A DNA stretch of 64,000 bases. Origin: Bacteroidota bacterium. Lineage in GTDB: Bacteria; Bacteroidota; Bacteroidia; Bacteroidales; B18-G4. Each line of letters opens with the position of its first letter. Position 1 is the first letter of the stretch. The position numbers and the translations under genes are program-made. The notes under the pieces are model-generated. The model made no database searches and was not told the DNA's origin. It saw only the letters and a list, made by a program, of their open reading frames with translations. Location of the stretch: assembly GCA_013202965.1 (NCBI GenBank), contig JABMQZ010000178.1:24344-88343 (forward strand), written 5' to 3'. Below are positions 1-9,600 of the stretch, piece after piece.

Positions 1-1
1 G

Positions 2-433
2 CAAACTACCTGGATAGCCCCACTTCCGGTTGATTTTCCGCTGAATGATTTTCTTCCACCATTTGCTTTCGAAGCTGATCAGGGTGGATGGGGAACGGTA
101 GATAACATCTATTGCTTCGGACGTTTCCGTCTGGAGGAAAACCAGTATCTGAAGATCCGTTTCACTTCACCGGAATGTTGTTACTGGGGCATTCAAACCT
201 GGAATTTCCTGATGCAGTCGATGGATTATAATAATTACAAAGTATGCATCAACAAAGGGACAGCGAAACCGAATGAGGATGGGAGCTATACCATATACCT
301 GTCACATCAGATGATGGATGTTGATAACTGCATCAGCACCGCTGCATACAAAGAAGCCATAATCTTTTGCCGATGGCTGCTGGCAGAAGAAATGCCCGAG
401 CAACCAACAGTAGAACTCTGTACCAGAGATTAG
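2..433 (+). CDS. DUF1214-like domain protein, C-terminal fragment (5' end outside window)
   Basis: Frame 2 is open from the window edge to TAG 431-433 (QTTWIAPLPVDF...CCYWGIQTWNFL...NEDGSYTIYLSH). The ORF track shows only the Met-started tail 212..433. The family call rests on remembered DUF1214-type motifs, not a search. Confidence 0.45.
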   Translation, partial: QTTWIAPLPVDFPLNDFLPPFAFEADQGGWGTVDNIYCFGRFRLEENQYLKIRFTSPECCYWGIQTWNFLMQSMDYNNYKVCINKGTAKPNEDGSYTIYLSHQMMDVDNCISTAAYKEAIIFCRWLLAEEMPEQPTVELCTRD

Positions 434-2088
434 CGTGCTACCGTTACCCTTTCAGTAATAAGCTGCTCATTCACCATAAGCTGTATAAAGTAAATGCCGT
501 TCCGGAGGTTTTCTCCGTTCACCTTGATAAGCTGCTCACCGGCTGCATGAATGCCTTCATCTGATTGATACACAAGCTCACCAATAATGTTATACATCTT
601 CAACTGTATATGGCTCACCTCTTCTGTGGTGATAGCAATATTGGTATAATTGCTGAAGGGGTTCGGATAAACTTTTATTTCCGCATGGGCAATAATGTCT
701 TCAATGCCTGTGTCATCATCGGTTTGGAAGTCAGTGGCACTGATGGCTCCAAAGTCTCCTATTCCCTGGAGTATATAATTATTTGATCCGTAATAGAGCG
801 CAAAGAAGCCTGGTGAGTTGAGGCCGTCGCCACCTGTATCATAAAAGAAGAACTGGTAACAGGAAAGGTCTTCAAGCTGGAAGTCTTCCATGATGGTAAG
901 ATTGGGTTCACTGTAGGGGCCTCCTGAATAAATAACTGTTCCTTCTGAATCTTTGAGTTCCCAGCTTGTTTCTCCCGGTTTGTTGTCGGTTCTCATGATG
1001 ATGCCTATGGCAGTGGGTGTGATCTCTGCGTAAGCCACCATATGTAAAATGGTATCATTGAGTGGATATTGATCAGGATTGCCACTGGGGTTCTCAGAGT
1101 AGATCAAAAGATAGTTTTCATCAACAGGAGTGAAAGCAATATCGGGAAGGCTTACTTCTTCCTCTTCGAGGAACGCAAGATCTCCGGTCCACTCAAAGGT
1201 GCTGAAGTCACCGCCATTTACCTGGTAGTTAAAGGTGAGTGAACTAAGGTTTACGTTGCCGTTATTGCGAACAACAAGTTTCGGGAAAAATACTCCTGTG
1301 CAAACATTCTCCGGAAGGTTAGAAAGTTGGGTGATAGAGGCATCATAATCATTCACGTTGCCCATTTCGATAAGTTCACGTTTGCTTCCCTGCAGGATTT
1401 CTTTGCTTCCGTTTTCCTGTAGGAAGATCACCATTTCGCAATGTTCCGTAACCCAGCTGGGATCAAGAGAAAAACTATAATTCTGGTTAATGATATTTCC
1501 ACCGGAGAAGTCAAGCGTAATCCCGGCGTGGGTAGGCAGCATCAAACGCTGCACAAAATTAAGCTCTGTTTGCCCCTGCCAGTATTTAGGGATCTCTGAT
1601 TCGGTAATGGCACAATGCAGGCGGATATCTGAGCCGGAATAAGGATCAAGCATTTCGATGGTCACATCCACGTTGAAGTCGATCAGTCCTGAAGACGTGC
1701 CAACAATGTCGACTGAGAATGATGATGGAATGGCAATTTTCTGGTTGTATTTTGGCAGGTATGTTGGATACATGCTCTGGTTGGCACTGCCTCCGACAAC
1801 AGCGGATCCTCCATCAAACAATGCAGTGGGGTAGCCGGAAATGTTGTAGTAAGAATTCCTGGCATTGGATGCGGCAGTAGTGTAGTCATCTCCGTTGTGA
1901 TTCTCGATTATAGCAACATCATGTCCGTTGGCAACGAGATCATCGGCTCCCATGGCAGCACCCGGACAATAAGGACACCAGGTTCCTGTACCAATCTCCA
2001 CAACCACCTTGTCGCGGGCAATCTGTTGGGAAATAAGGACGCTGACACTGGCCAGCAATACAATAATTGTAAAAATAGATTTTTTCAT
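430..2088 (-). CDS. Secreted thioredoxin-fold / Omp28-related protein with T9SS C-terminal sorting domain
   Basis: 552 aa ORF with an N-terminal signal peptide (MKKSIFTIIVLLASVSVLISQQ). It has a CxxC motif in GTGTWCPYCPG. The C-terminus (KVYPNPFSNYTNIAI...NGIYFIQLMV) matches the Por/T9SS CTD pattern. Confidence 0.8.
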   Translation of the reverse strand: MKKSIFTIIVLLASVSVLISQQIARDKVVVEIGTGTWCPYCPGAAMGADDLVANGHDVAIIENHNGDDYTTAASNARNSYYNISGYPTALFDGGSAVVGGSANQSMYPTYLPKYNQKIAIPSSFSVDIVGTSSGLIDFNVDVTIEMLDPYSGSDIRLHCAITESEIPKYWQGQTELNFVQRLMLPTHAGITLDFSGGNIINQNYSFSLDPSWVTEHCEMVIFLQENGSKEILQGSKRELIEMGNVNDYDASITQLSNLPENVCTGVFFPKLVVRNNGNVNLSSLTFNYQVNGGDFSTFEWTGDLAFLEEEEVSLPDIAFTPVDENYLLIYSENPSGNPDQYPLNDTILHMVAYAEITPTAIGIIMRTDNKPGETSWELKDSEGTVIYSGGPYSEPNLTIMEDFQLEDLSCYQFFFYDTGGDGLNSPGFFALYYGSNNYILQGIGDFGAISATDFQTDDDTGIEDIIAHAEIKVYPNPFSNYTNIAITTEEVSHIQLKMYNIIGELVYQSDEGIHAAGEQLIKVNGENLRNGIYFIQLMVNEQLITERVTVAR

Positions 2089-2237
2089 GGTATGTTTTTT
2101 AACAAATTTTTAGGATGATGTTTATTGAACAGACAAAATTAATCTTTTTTGGTTGTCTTATGCAAGAATAATCTTATGTATTTCCATACTTATGTATGAT
2201 TATTCCTGACAGGAGCTATCATCTGTTGATTATTTAT

Positions 2238-2245
2238 TAACTTTG
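2238..2245 (+). promoter_or_regulatory. Candidate Bacteroidota -7 promoter box (TAACTTTG)
   Basis: Matches TAnnTTTG and lies 36 nt upstream of the ATG at 2281. No convincing -33 TTTG was seen. Confidence 0.35.
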
Positions 2246-2280
2246 CAGTCCTAATTTGATATTCACAAAAACAACACATT

Positions 2281-3384
2281 ATGAAAAAACTAATACTCAT
2301 TTTAATCACTGCGCTGTTTATGTCCTCAGCAGCTTTCACACAGATCGTGCTTTCCGCTGAATTTGGTCCAACAGCTTTTTCTCCTTCTATTACCTTTAAT
2401 GGGGCACCAGGTGATTATGAGATTGTTGCTCATATTGGTGTCACCAATAGTGGCACCGAAAGTATAAACGTCAAAGTGGCGAGAGAGCAACTGTTTCTGG
2501 TCGATGGATCCCGAAGCCAGTTTTGCTGGGGTGTGTGTTATTCTTTTGATACCGACACTTCAGGTATGTCTATACCCCTTGCACCGGGTGAATCAACCAA
2601 CGAGTTTTCAGGTCACTATCAGCCGCAGACCACAGAAGGTGTTTCTATTGTAAAATATACTTTTTATGATGAGAATGATCCTTCCGGGAATTTTGCTTCT
2701 GTAATCGTACATTACAACAGCTTATTCTCGATATCAAGTCTTGCCGGTGATTCTATTTCAAAGCATATAAGACTACTGAACGGCTTTGTAGATGATCCTA
2801 TTCATGGGGTGATCAATATCCATAATCATGCATCCGTGCCGCTTAATTTTATTGCTCTGAAGGGAATGCAAATGGTATTACCAAATACTGAAAACTGGTT
2901 TTGGTTCGATGGAGTTCAATATCCTGCCAGTGTGGATACTTCAGGACTGGTAAGCATTGGCGCCGGTACAACGGATGAGTCATTCGAAGCATTTTATGAT
3001 GCTGCCGGAGTTGAAGGTGTCTCAACAGTTTATTATGTGTTCATGGATCCAACCAATCCAACCAGCTATGCTGTATTTCAGTTCAGCTATAATGCTGAGA
3101 GCACTGGTATCAGCGACAACATTCTTGAAAATACTACATTTTCCGCTGCATACCCGAACCCTGCAGAAAGCTTTGTTTCATTCGATTACGATATTCCAAA
3201 CGAAGTGAACAGGGCTGAGATCCTGATCACTAACCTGCTTGGTGCAGTGGTTTTTGAAGGCACCCTGAGCGGACTTAATGGAACTGAAAGAATCGATGTA
3301 TCCAATTTCACTGAAGGCATTTACTTTGCCACACTGAAACTCGATAATTATATCGCTTCTACACAGAAAGTGCTGATAAGATAG
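2281..3384 (+). CDS. Hypothetical secreted protein with T9SS C-terminal sorting domain
   Basis: 367 aa with a signal peptide (MKKLILILITALFMSSAAFTQ). The C-terminus is AAYPNPAESFVSFDY...EGIYFATLKLDN. No recognisable catalytic motifs. Confidence 0.8.
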   Translation: MKKLILILITALFMSSAAFTQIVLSAEFGPTAFSPSITFNGAPGDYEIVAHIGVTNSGTESINVKVAREQLFLVDGSRSQFCWGVCYSFDTDTSGMSIPLAPGESTNEFSGHYQPQTTEGVSIVKYTFYDENDPSGNFASVIVHYNSLFSISSLAGDSISKHIRLLNGFVDDPIHGVINIHNHASVPLNFIALKGMQMVLPNTENWFWFDGVQYPASVDTSGLVSIGAGTTDESFEAFYDAAGVEGVSTVYYVFMDPTNPTSYAVFQFSYNAESTGISDNILENTTFSAAYPNPAESFVSFDYDIPNEVNRAEILITNLLGAVVFEGTLSGLNGTERIDVSNFTEGIYFATLKLDNYIASTQKVLIR

Positions 3385-3404
3385 ATAAAGACAAATAAAA
3401 AACG

Positions 3405-3441
3405 GAAAGGCCTTTGCTGATATAGTGAAGGCCTTTTTTTT
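3405..3441. terminator. Bidirectional intrinsic terminator hairpin between convergent genes
   Basis: A 9 bp stem (aaaggcctt 3406-3414 pairing with aaggccttt 3428-3436) is preceded by an A-run and followed by a T-run (3434-3441). It sits between the stop of 2281..3384 (+) and metK (-). Confidence 0.65.
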
Positions 3442-3452
3442 GAGGTATGAGG

Positions 3453-3494
3453 CTTCGTTGTTCGTTGTTCGTTATTCCTTATTCGTTATTCCAA
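3453..3494 (-). repeat. Degenerate heptamer tandem array (6 units) spanning the metK stop codon
   Basis: Plus strand reads cttcgtt gttcgtt gttcgtt attcctt attcgtt attccaa. In the metK sense this is GAATAAC GAATAAG GAATAAC GAACAAC GAACAAC GAAG. The last codons of metK (GITNKE*) are encoded by the array. Confidence 0.8.
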
Positions 3495-4794
3495 ACGCTT
3501 CCCTGATCTTCTCTACATAGTCAAGTTTCTCCCAGGCAAAGAAGGTCACCTTTTTGGTGCAGGGTGGCTTGTTGCAGTGAATAAGTTTTCCTGAGTTTTC
3601 AGGATCGTAATGTACTTCCACTTCTTCTTCGAAAGGTTCCCTTCCGAAATGTCCGTAGGTGGCTGTTTTTTTGTAAATGGGGTTTTTAAGTCCAAAACGT
3701 GTGATGATGCCATGAGGTGTGAGGTCGAATAAAGTATCAAGGATTTCAGCGATCCTGCCATCACTCATGATCTTGCCATTCTTATCTGTTACCTTCGCAG
3801 TACCATTGGTATTCACAAACAAGCCAACATGCTCTTTTCGGCCAATGGCATAAGCTACCTGTATCAATGCTTCATCGGCAATGCCGGCAGCGATAAGATT
3901 TTTTGCCATATGCCGCATGGCATAAGCAGCGGAACGGTCAACTTTTGAGGGGTCTTTACCTGAAAAGGCACCACCGCCATGGGCGCCTCTGCCACCATAG
4001 GTGTCAACGATGATTTTCCTGCCGGTAAGTCCGGTATCTCCGTGCGGGCCACCGATCACGAATTTTCCGGTTGGGTTCACAAACAGTTTGAAGTCGCCTT
4101 TAAACAGTTGTTTTACCTTATCTGGAATATCAACACTGTTTTTTACTCTTGGGATAAGGATCTCCCTGACATCAGACTCGATCTTTTTCAACATCTTATC
4201 ATCGTCAGCATCAAAATCATCATGCTGTGTGGATATCACGATCGTATCAATTCTGACAGGATGGTTATCATCATCATATTCAACAGTGACCTGTGATTTG
4301 GAATCAGGGCGGAGATAAGTCATCTCTTTGCCTTCTTTCCTGATTGCAGCCAGTTCCTGCAGGAAAATATGTGCCAGTTCTATGGGCATGGGCATATAAT
4401 TATCCATTTCCCGGCAGGCATAACCAAACATCATCCCCTGGTCACCGGCGCCCTGGTCCTCAGCCTTTTCCCTGTTTACTCCCATATTGATGTCACCGGA
4501 TTGTTCATGAATAGTAGAAATGACACCACAGGAGTCGGCATCGAACTTATATGCTGATTTCGTATAACCGATTTCACGAATGGTATTCCTGACAATATCA
4601 TCAACATTTACCCATCCTGTTGTCCTGACTTCACCTGCACAAACTGCCAGTCCTGTCGTTACAAGGGTTTCACATGCTACCCTGGATTCAGGATCGAGAC
4701 GCAGAAATTCATCCAGCAAGGCATCCGATATCTGGTCAGCTACTTTGTCGGGGTGCCCTTCAGACACTGATTCTGATGTAAATAAGGTTCTCAT
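3472..4794 (-). CDS. metK: S-adenosylmethionine synthetase
   Basis: 440 aa with [27 protein letters not shown] and [19 protein letters not shown], the canonical MetK motifs. Confidence 0.97.
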   Translation of the reverse strand: MRTLFTSESVSEGHPDKVADQISDALLDEFLRLDPESRVACETLVTTGLAVCAGEVRTTGWVNVDDIVRNTIREIGYTKSAYKFDADSCGVISTIHEQSGDINMGVNREKAEDQGAGDQGMMFGYACREMDNYMPMPIELAHIFLQELAAIRKEGKEMTYLRPDSKSQVTVEYDDDNHPVRIDTIVISTQHDDFDADDDKMLKKIESDVREILIPRVKNSVDIPDKVKQLFKGDFKLFVNPTGKFVIGGPHGDTGLTGRKIIVDTYGGRGAHGGGAFSGKDPSKVDRSAAYAMRHMAKNLIAAGIADEALIQVAYAIGRKEHVGLFVNTNGTAKVTDKNGKIMSDGRIAEILDTLFDLTPHGIITRFGLKNPIYKKTATYGHFGREPFEEEVEVHYDPENSGKLIHCNKPPCTKKVTFFAWEKLDYVEKIREAFGITNKE

Positions 4795-4881
4795 ATAATG
4801 TTATAGTATTTTTTTTATCAGTAAAACGTCCGGATGATCATAATGTAGTCCGGTCATTTGAATGCGCAAATGTAATAAATG

Positions 4882-5808
4882 TTATTTATAGTTTCCGTTT
4901 GCTCTTGTCAGGGCCTGAAAAACCTCTTCAAGACTTTGCTGTTCGCGGTTGAGGGAAAGTACTGAAATATTATTATTAACAGCAAATTTAAATAGTTCCT
5001 CCCTGATGTCTTTCTCCTGAGATGCTTCAATCTCCCATGCATTTTCGCCAATTTTTCCGGCTCTGATCAGGCCTTTGATCTTCTTTAGTTTTTCCTCGTC
5101 AACTTCGCCACTGAACTCAATTTTAATGATGTCTTTTCCTGCAGTTCTTTTCGAAAGGTTTTTCGTTGAATCATCAGCTACGACCCTGCCAAGGTGAATG
5201 ATCACAGCCCTGTCGCAGATGGCTTCTACTTCCTGCATGATGTGGGTGCTGAGCAATATTGTTTTTTCCCTGCCCACCTCTTGTATAAGTGACCGGATTT
5301 CCAAAAGTTGGTTGGGGTCAAGGCCTGAAGTAGGTTCATCAAGGATCAGCACGGAAGGATCATGCAGAAGTGCCTGTGCAAGACCGACCCTCTGCCTGTA
5401 TCCTCTTGACAATGCACCGATCTTCTTGTTTTGTTCAAGTCCGAGACCTGTGAGGTCAATGATCTCGTTGATCCTCGACTTTTTTTTCTTTCCCAATTTG
5501 TGTATCCCCGCAAGAAATGATAAGTATTCTCTAACATACATGTCGAGATACAGCGGATTATGCTCCGGCAGGTATCCTACGCGTTTTTTAACTTCCAGTG
5601 CCTGCTCGAAAATGTCGTAACCATCCACGCTGGCTTCTCCGGATGTTGGAGGTAAAAAGCAGCTGATGATCTTCATCATAGTGGATTTTCCGGCTCCGTT
5701 AGGTCCCAGAAGGCCAACGACTTCGCCTGCATTAATTTCCAGCGATACAGCATCCAGCGCCTTCTGCTTTCCGTAAATCTTGGTTATTTCTTTGGCTATG
5801 ATCGACAT
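4882..5808 (-). CDS. gldA: ABC transporter ATP-binding protein, GldA-like
   Basis: Walker A GPNGAGKST, signature LSRGYRQR and Walker B VLILDEPTSGLD. Long stretches (GYLPEHNPLYLDMYVREYL, LSTHIMQEVEAICDR) resemble GldA as I remember it. The ORF track extends to a TTG at 5841; the ATG at 5808 (MSIIAKEITKIYG) is the more likely start. Confidence 0.8.
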   Translation of the reverse strand: MSIIAKEITKIYGKQKALDAVSLEINAGEVVGLLGPNGAGKSTMMKIISCFLPPTSGEASVDGYDIFEQALEVKKRVGYLPEHNPLYLDMYVREYLSFLAGIHKLGKKKKSRINEIIDLTGLGLEQNKKIGALSRGYRQRVGLAQALLHDPSVLILDEPTSGLDPNQLLEIRSLIQEVGREKTILLSTHIMQEVEAICDRAVIIHLGRVVADDSTKNLSKRTAGKDIIKIEFSGEVDEEKLKKIKGLIRAGKIGENAWEIEASQEKDIREELFKFAVNNNISVLSLNREQQSLEEVFQALTRANGNYK

Positions 5809-5848
5809 TTTCTTAAAGGTGTTTGGGCTGCGAAAATACAAAAATATA

Positions 5849-6556
5849 TTAGGGATTACGATGCATCAATCTCCTGGTATAAAGCCATATTGTGATAAGG
5901 AATAATATTTCTCCGGCCCCAAATACAAACCAGTTAAAGGATACAGGCACATAGTTTGCGGTAAATTGCATCAGTTCATTGCCCCGTGAAAATGAAAAAA
6001 CTTCCCAGAGGCTGAATTCTGATGAGATAAAATTGAAATAATCCATCGTGTAAGCAGTAATTGTTATCAGGCAACCAATGATGATCAGTGCCCACTCCTG
6101 CAATTTCATAGAAATCCTGTATCCTTTGTGCGAAAAATGCAGGATGATCAATGCCAGGATGATCATTGTTATTGAGTTGATCAAGGGGGCCAACACCGGC
6201 CCGGCCCATATTAGCGGGATGAGGAAAAGGATATCCCAGGTCATAAGGGAGGCAGGCCAGTTCAGGATGATCTTCAGAAAGACGTAATAAAAAATATCCC
6301 AGATGGCGAAAGTGAAAATAAACCATGCGGGGATCTCAGCTCTTTTCCTGGATGCAAGAACAGCAACTCCGAGTAACATGATCAGGGTGGCTGCCTCTCT
6401 CAGTATCTCGGTAATGGCGATGTGATTGTCAATAAGCCGAAGGGGAAAATCAAAGCCCTCGGGATAATAGAGCTCACGCATGTAAACGACCACCGAGCTT
6501 TCTACGAAAGCCATGCCAATTGCAAAAAAGGTGATCCAAAAAATATGATGTTTCAT
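5849..6556 (-). CDS. Hypothetical polytopic membrane protein
   Basis: 235 aa with about 6-7 hydrophobic helices by eye. It lies immediately upstream of the gldA-like gene on the same strand. No family recognised. Confidence 0.7.
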   Translation of the reverse strand: MKHHIFWITFFAIGMAFVESSVVVYMRELYYPEGFDFPLRLIDNHIAITEILREAATLIMLLGVAVLASRKRAEIPAWFIFTFAIWDIFYYVFLKIILNWPASLMTWDILFLIPLIWAGPVLAPLINSITMIILALIILHFSHKGYRISMKLQEWALIIIGCLITITAYTMDYFNFISSEFSLWEVFSFSRGNELMQFTANYVPVSFNWFVFGAGEILFLITIWLYTRRLMHRNP

Positions 6557-6583
6557 ATCCCCCTGATTTCAGCCTGATTTTGT

Positions 6584-6591
6584 TATCTTTG
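6584..6591 (+). promoter_or_regulatory. Candidate -7 promoter box (TATCTTTG)
   Basis: Matches TAnnTTTG and lies 58 nt upstream of the ATG at 6649. The -33 element is weak. Confidence 0.35.
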
Positions 6592-6648
6592 CAGCTAAAT
6601 ATGAATAACGTTTAATATTCATTCTTATTCTGCATTAAAATAAATACG

Positions 6649-9600
6649 ATGCAACGGATTTTAATATTTCTGATTGTACTTATTTTATTCCCACAGATAG
6701 CGGTACTCCGGGCACAGACATTTACAAAGATCAATGCGGGTTTTGAAGCATGCTTTTACCCCACTGCAGCCTGGGCTGATATCGATAATGATGGTGACCT
6801 GGACGTTTTCTTTTCCGGTCTTGACGGAGCTGACAACCCGCTGGCCCACCTCTACAGCAATGATGGTGGAGGGATTTTTACGGAATTATCAAGCGCGATC
6901 ACCGGGCTTTCCTCCTCAGCATGTGCTTTTGGGGATATGAACAATGACGGGCTGGCCGATCTCGCAGTGTCAGGTCATACAGGAATTACCAGCATGTGTA
7001 TTATCTACAGGAATGATGGCGGCGGTACCTTTACGGATATCAGTGCCGGGCTTGCCGGATTTTCGGAAGGGAGCCTTGCATGGGGAGATTATGATAATGA
7101 TGGCCTGGCTGACTTGCTATGCACCGGGTTGGATGATGCACAAAATCCGATCACATTGCTTTATCATAATGATGGAGGAGAAATATTTTCGGATGCGGGG
7201 GCCTCTCTCACCGGATTGTATGAAAGCAGCCTGGCCTGGTACGATTATGACCTGGATGGGGATATGGATTTTGCCCTCAGCGGTATGGACGATGCCGGTT
7301 TGCCGCAATCCATAATTTATCGCAACGATGACGGCATTTTTAACGATATGGGTGCCGGCCTGACAGGCCTTTCAGCAGCCTCTGTAGCCTGGGGCGATTA
7401 CAATAATGACACTTATGCCGACCTGCTGCTTTCCGGTTCCGATAATGCAGGATTATCGCATACGATCCTTTATAAAAATAATAACGGAAATTCTTTCAGC
7501 CAGATTGCAGGATCTTATAATGGCATCTCACATGGATCGGCCATATGGGGAGATTTTAATAATGACGGCAATCTTGATTTTATCATCGCGGGCAGGAACA
7601 GTGCCGGAGGAAGCCCAAACCCGCCACCCCAGGTTTTATTTCTGGAGATGTATGTGAACCAGGGGAATGACCAGTTTCAGGTACAGCCTCTTCAACTGCC
7701 CGGCCTGGCATATAATGCAGTCGTGTGTGGTGATTATGATAATGATTCCGACCTCGACCTTCTGCTGGCAGGTTCTTTCGAAAATCCTATTGGCGGCAGC
7801 AATAGTACAGCGGCCTTATACAGGAATGAAACAGCAGAAATAAATATTCCTCCTGCTTCGCCTTCCGGTTTATCTTATGAAGTGATTGGAACTGATGTGA
7901 TCCTGCAGTGGGATGCTGCCAGTGACGACAAAACTCCAGGTCCAGGCTTGAATTATAATATTCGTGTAGGAAGCCAGCCGGATAACATGGATTTTTATTC
8001 AGCTCTTGCCGGTCTGTCAGATGGCTATCGAAGGATCGTAAGCACAGGGAATACGGGTGGAAATACATCATGGAGTATCATTGGCCTTGAGTTTGGGGAT
8101 TATTATGCCTCTGTTCAGGCCCTTGATCATGATTATGCAGCATCTTCCTTTTCTCCGGATATTATTATTGCTGTTCTTCCAACTGCTACTTTCAGTCTGG
8201 TAGATTCCTTATGTATTTTTGAACAAACAACGATTAGCTATACAGGAAATGCATCCCCATCAGCACAATATATATGGGATTTTGGCGGGGGCATGGTCCT
8301 CTCCGGTACCGGCCAGGGGCCATATGTAGTTTATTGGGGTACTGAAGGTCTTAAGACTGTAACTTTAACTGTTATTGAAAACAATGTGGCCTCAGTTCCT
8401 GTAAGCAAGCAGGTAATGATCGTTGGAGATGCGCCTGCTCCGGGTGCCATTAGCGGTGAAACGGAATTATGTCAGGGAACAGAAACGAGCGAATATGTTA
8501 TTGCTCCTTTGCCGGGTGTCAACACCTATGAGTGGCGCCTGAATCCATCTGAAGCCGGAGCTATAAATGGTAATACCATAGTGGCCGTTGTTGAATGGAA
8601 TCCCGATTTTACAGGCAATGCTTACGTCTTTGTCAGGGGTATCAATGCCTGTGGCACCGGACCTTATTCCGATAGCCTCGAAATTACATTGTATCCACTG
8701 CCTGCTCAGCCTGGCAAGCCGGAGGGCCCTGATCAATTGTGCCTGAATTCACCGAATACAAACTACACTACAAGTGGTGCTGCATTTGCGAATGCATACC
8801 AATGGTATTTGGCTCCTGAATCGGCAGGTGCCATATTCGGAAGCGGACTGGAAGCCGAAGTCGACTGGGATAATACCTATACCGGAATTGTTGAGATCTA
8901 TGTAAGCTCGTTCAATGATTGTGGAGCAGGTCCTGAATCCGACACCCTTATTGTTATAATAAATCTTCCTCCGGATGTTGATGCCGGCGAAGATCAGGTC
9001 ATCCCATTTGGAACTTCAACACAACTGCATGGCAGCGTCACCGGTGGTTCTGGTTCCTATTCTTATGCCTGGTCACCTCCTGAATTTCTCGTAGACCACA
9101 CGGTGCCGGAACCTTTTACGGTTGATATGGAGCAAAGCAAGCAATTTACACTGCTTGTCATTGATGAAGTGACATCCTGTTCAGCCCAGGATCAGGTTGC
9201 CATATCGGTTTCGGGCGGAGAGCTTGGCCTTGAAGTTTATGCTGACCCGGAACAGTTGTGTCAGGAAGAGGAGTCGCAGCTTCTGGCCCTGGCCGGGGGC
9301 GGAACTGGTGTATATACTTATGCCTGGACTTCTCAACCGCCAGGATTCACTGCTGATATTCCTGACCCTGTTGTGAGCCCGATGGAGACTACAAGCTATT
9401 ATGCTGAAGTATCGGATGGAAATGGGACAGTGTCGGATAGCATTATATTAACGGTTTTCCCACTGCCGGGCGATGCCGGTCCGCTAAGCGGAGCTGATGA
9501 AGTATGTGCAGGTGATGAACTCATCCTCTATGAAATTGATGCGGTACCATTTGCCACACAATATTACTGGACCCTTCCTTCCGGGGCCTATGGAGGGAGT

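Noticed and set aside
4795-4881. SAM riboswitch upstream of metK
   Set aside because: Only 87 nt separate metK from the upstream gene, which is too short for a SAM-I type aptamer plus expression platform. I could not find the conserved SAM-I/SAM-II core sequences; only a weak 5 bp hairpin is present.
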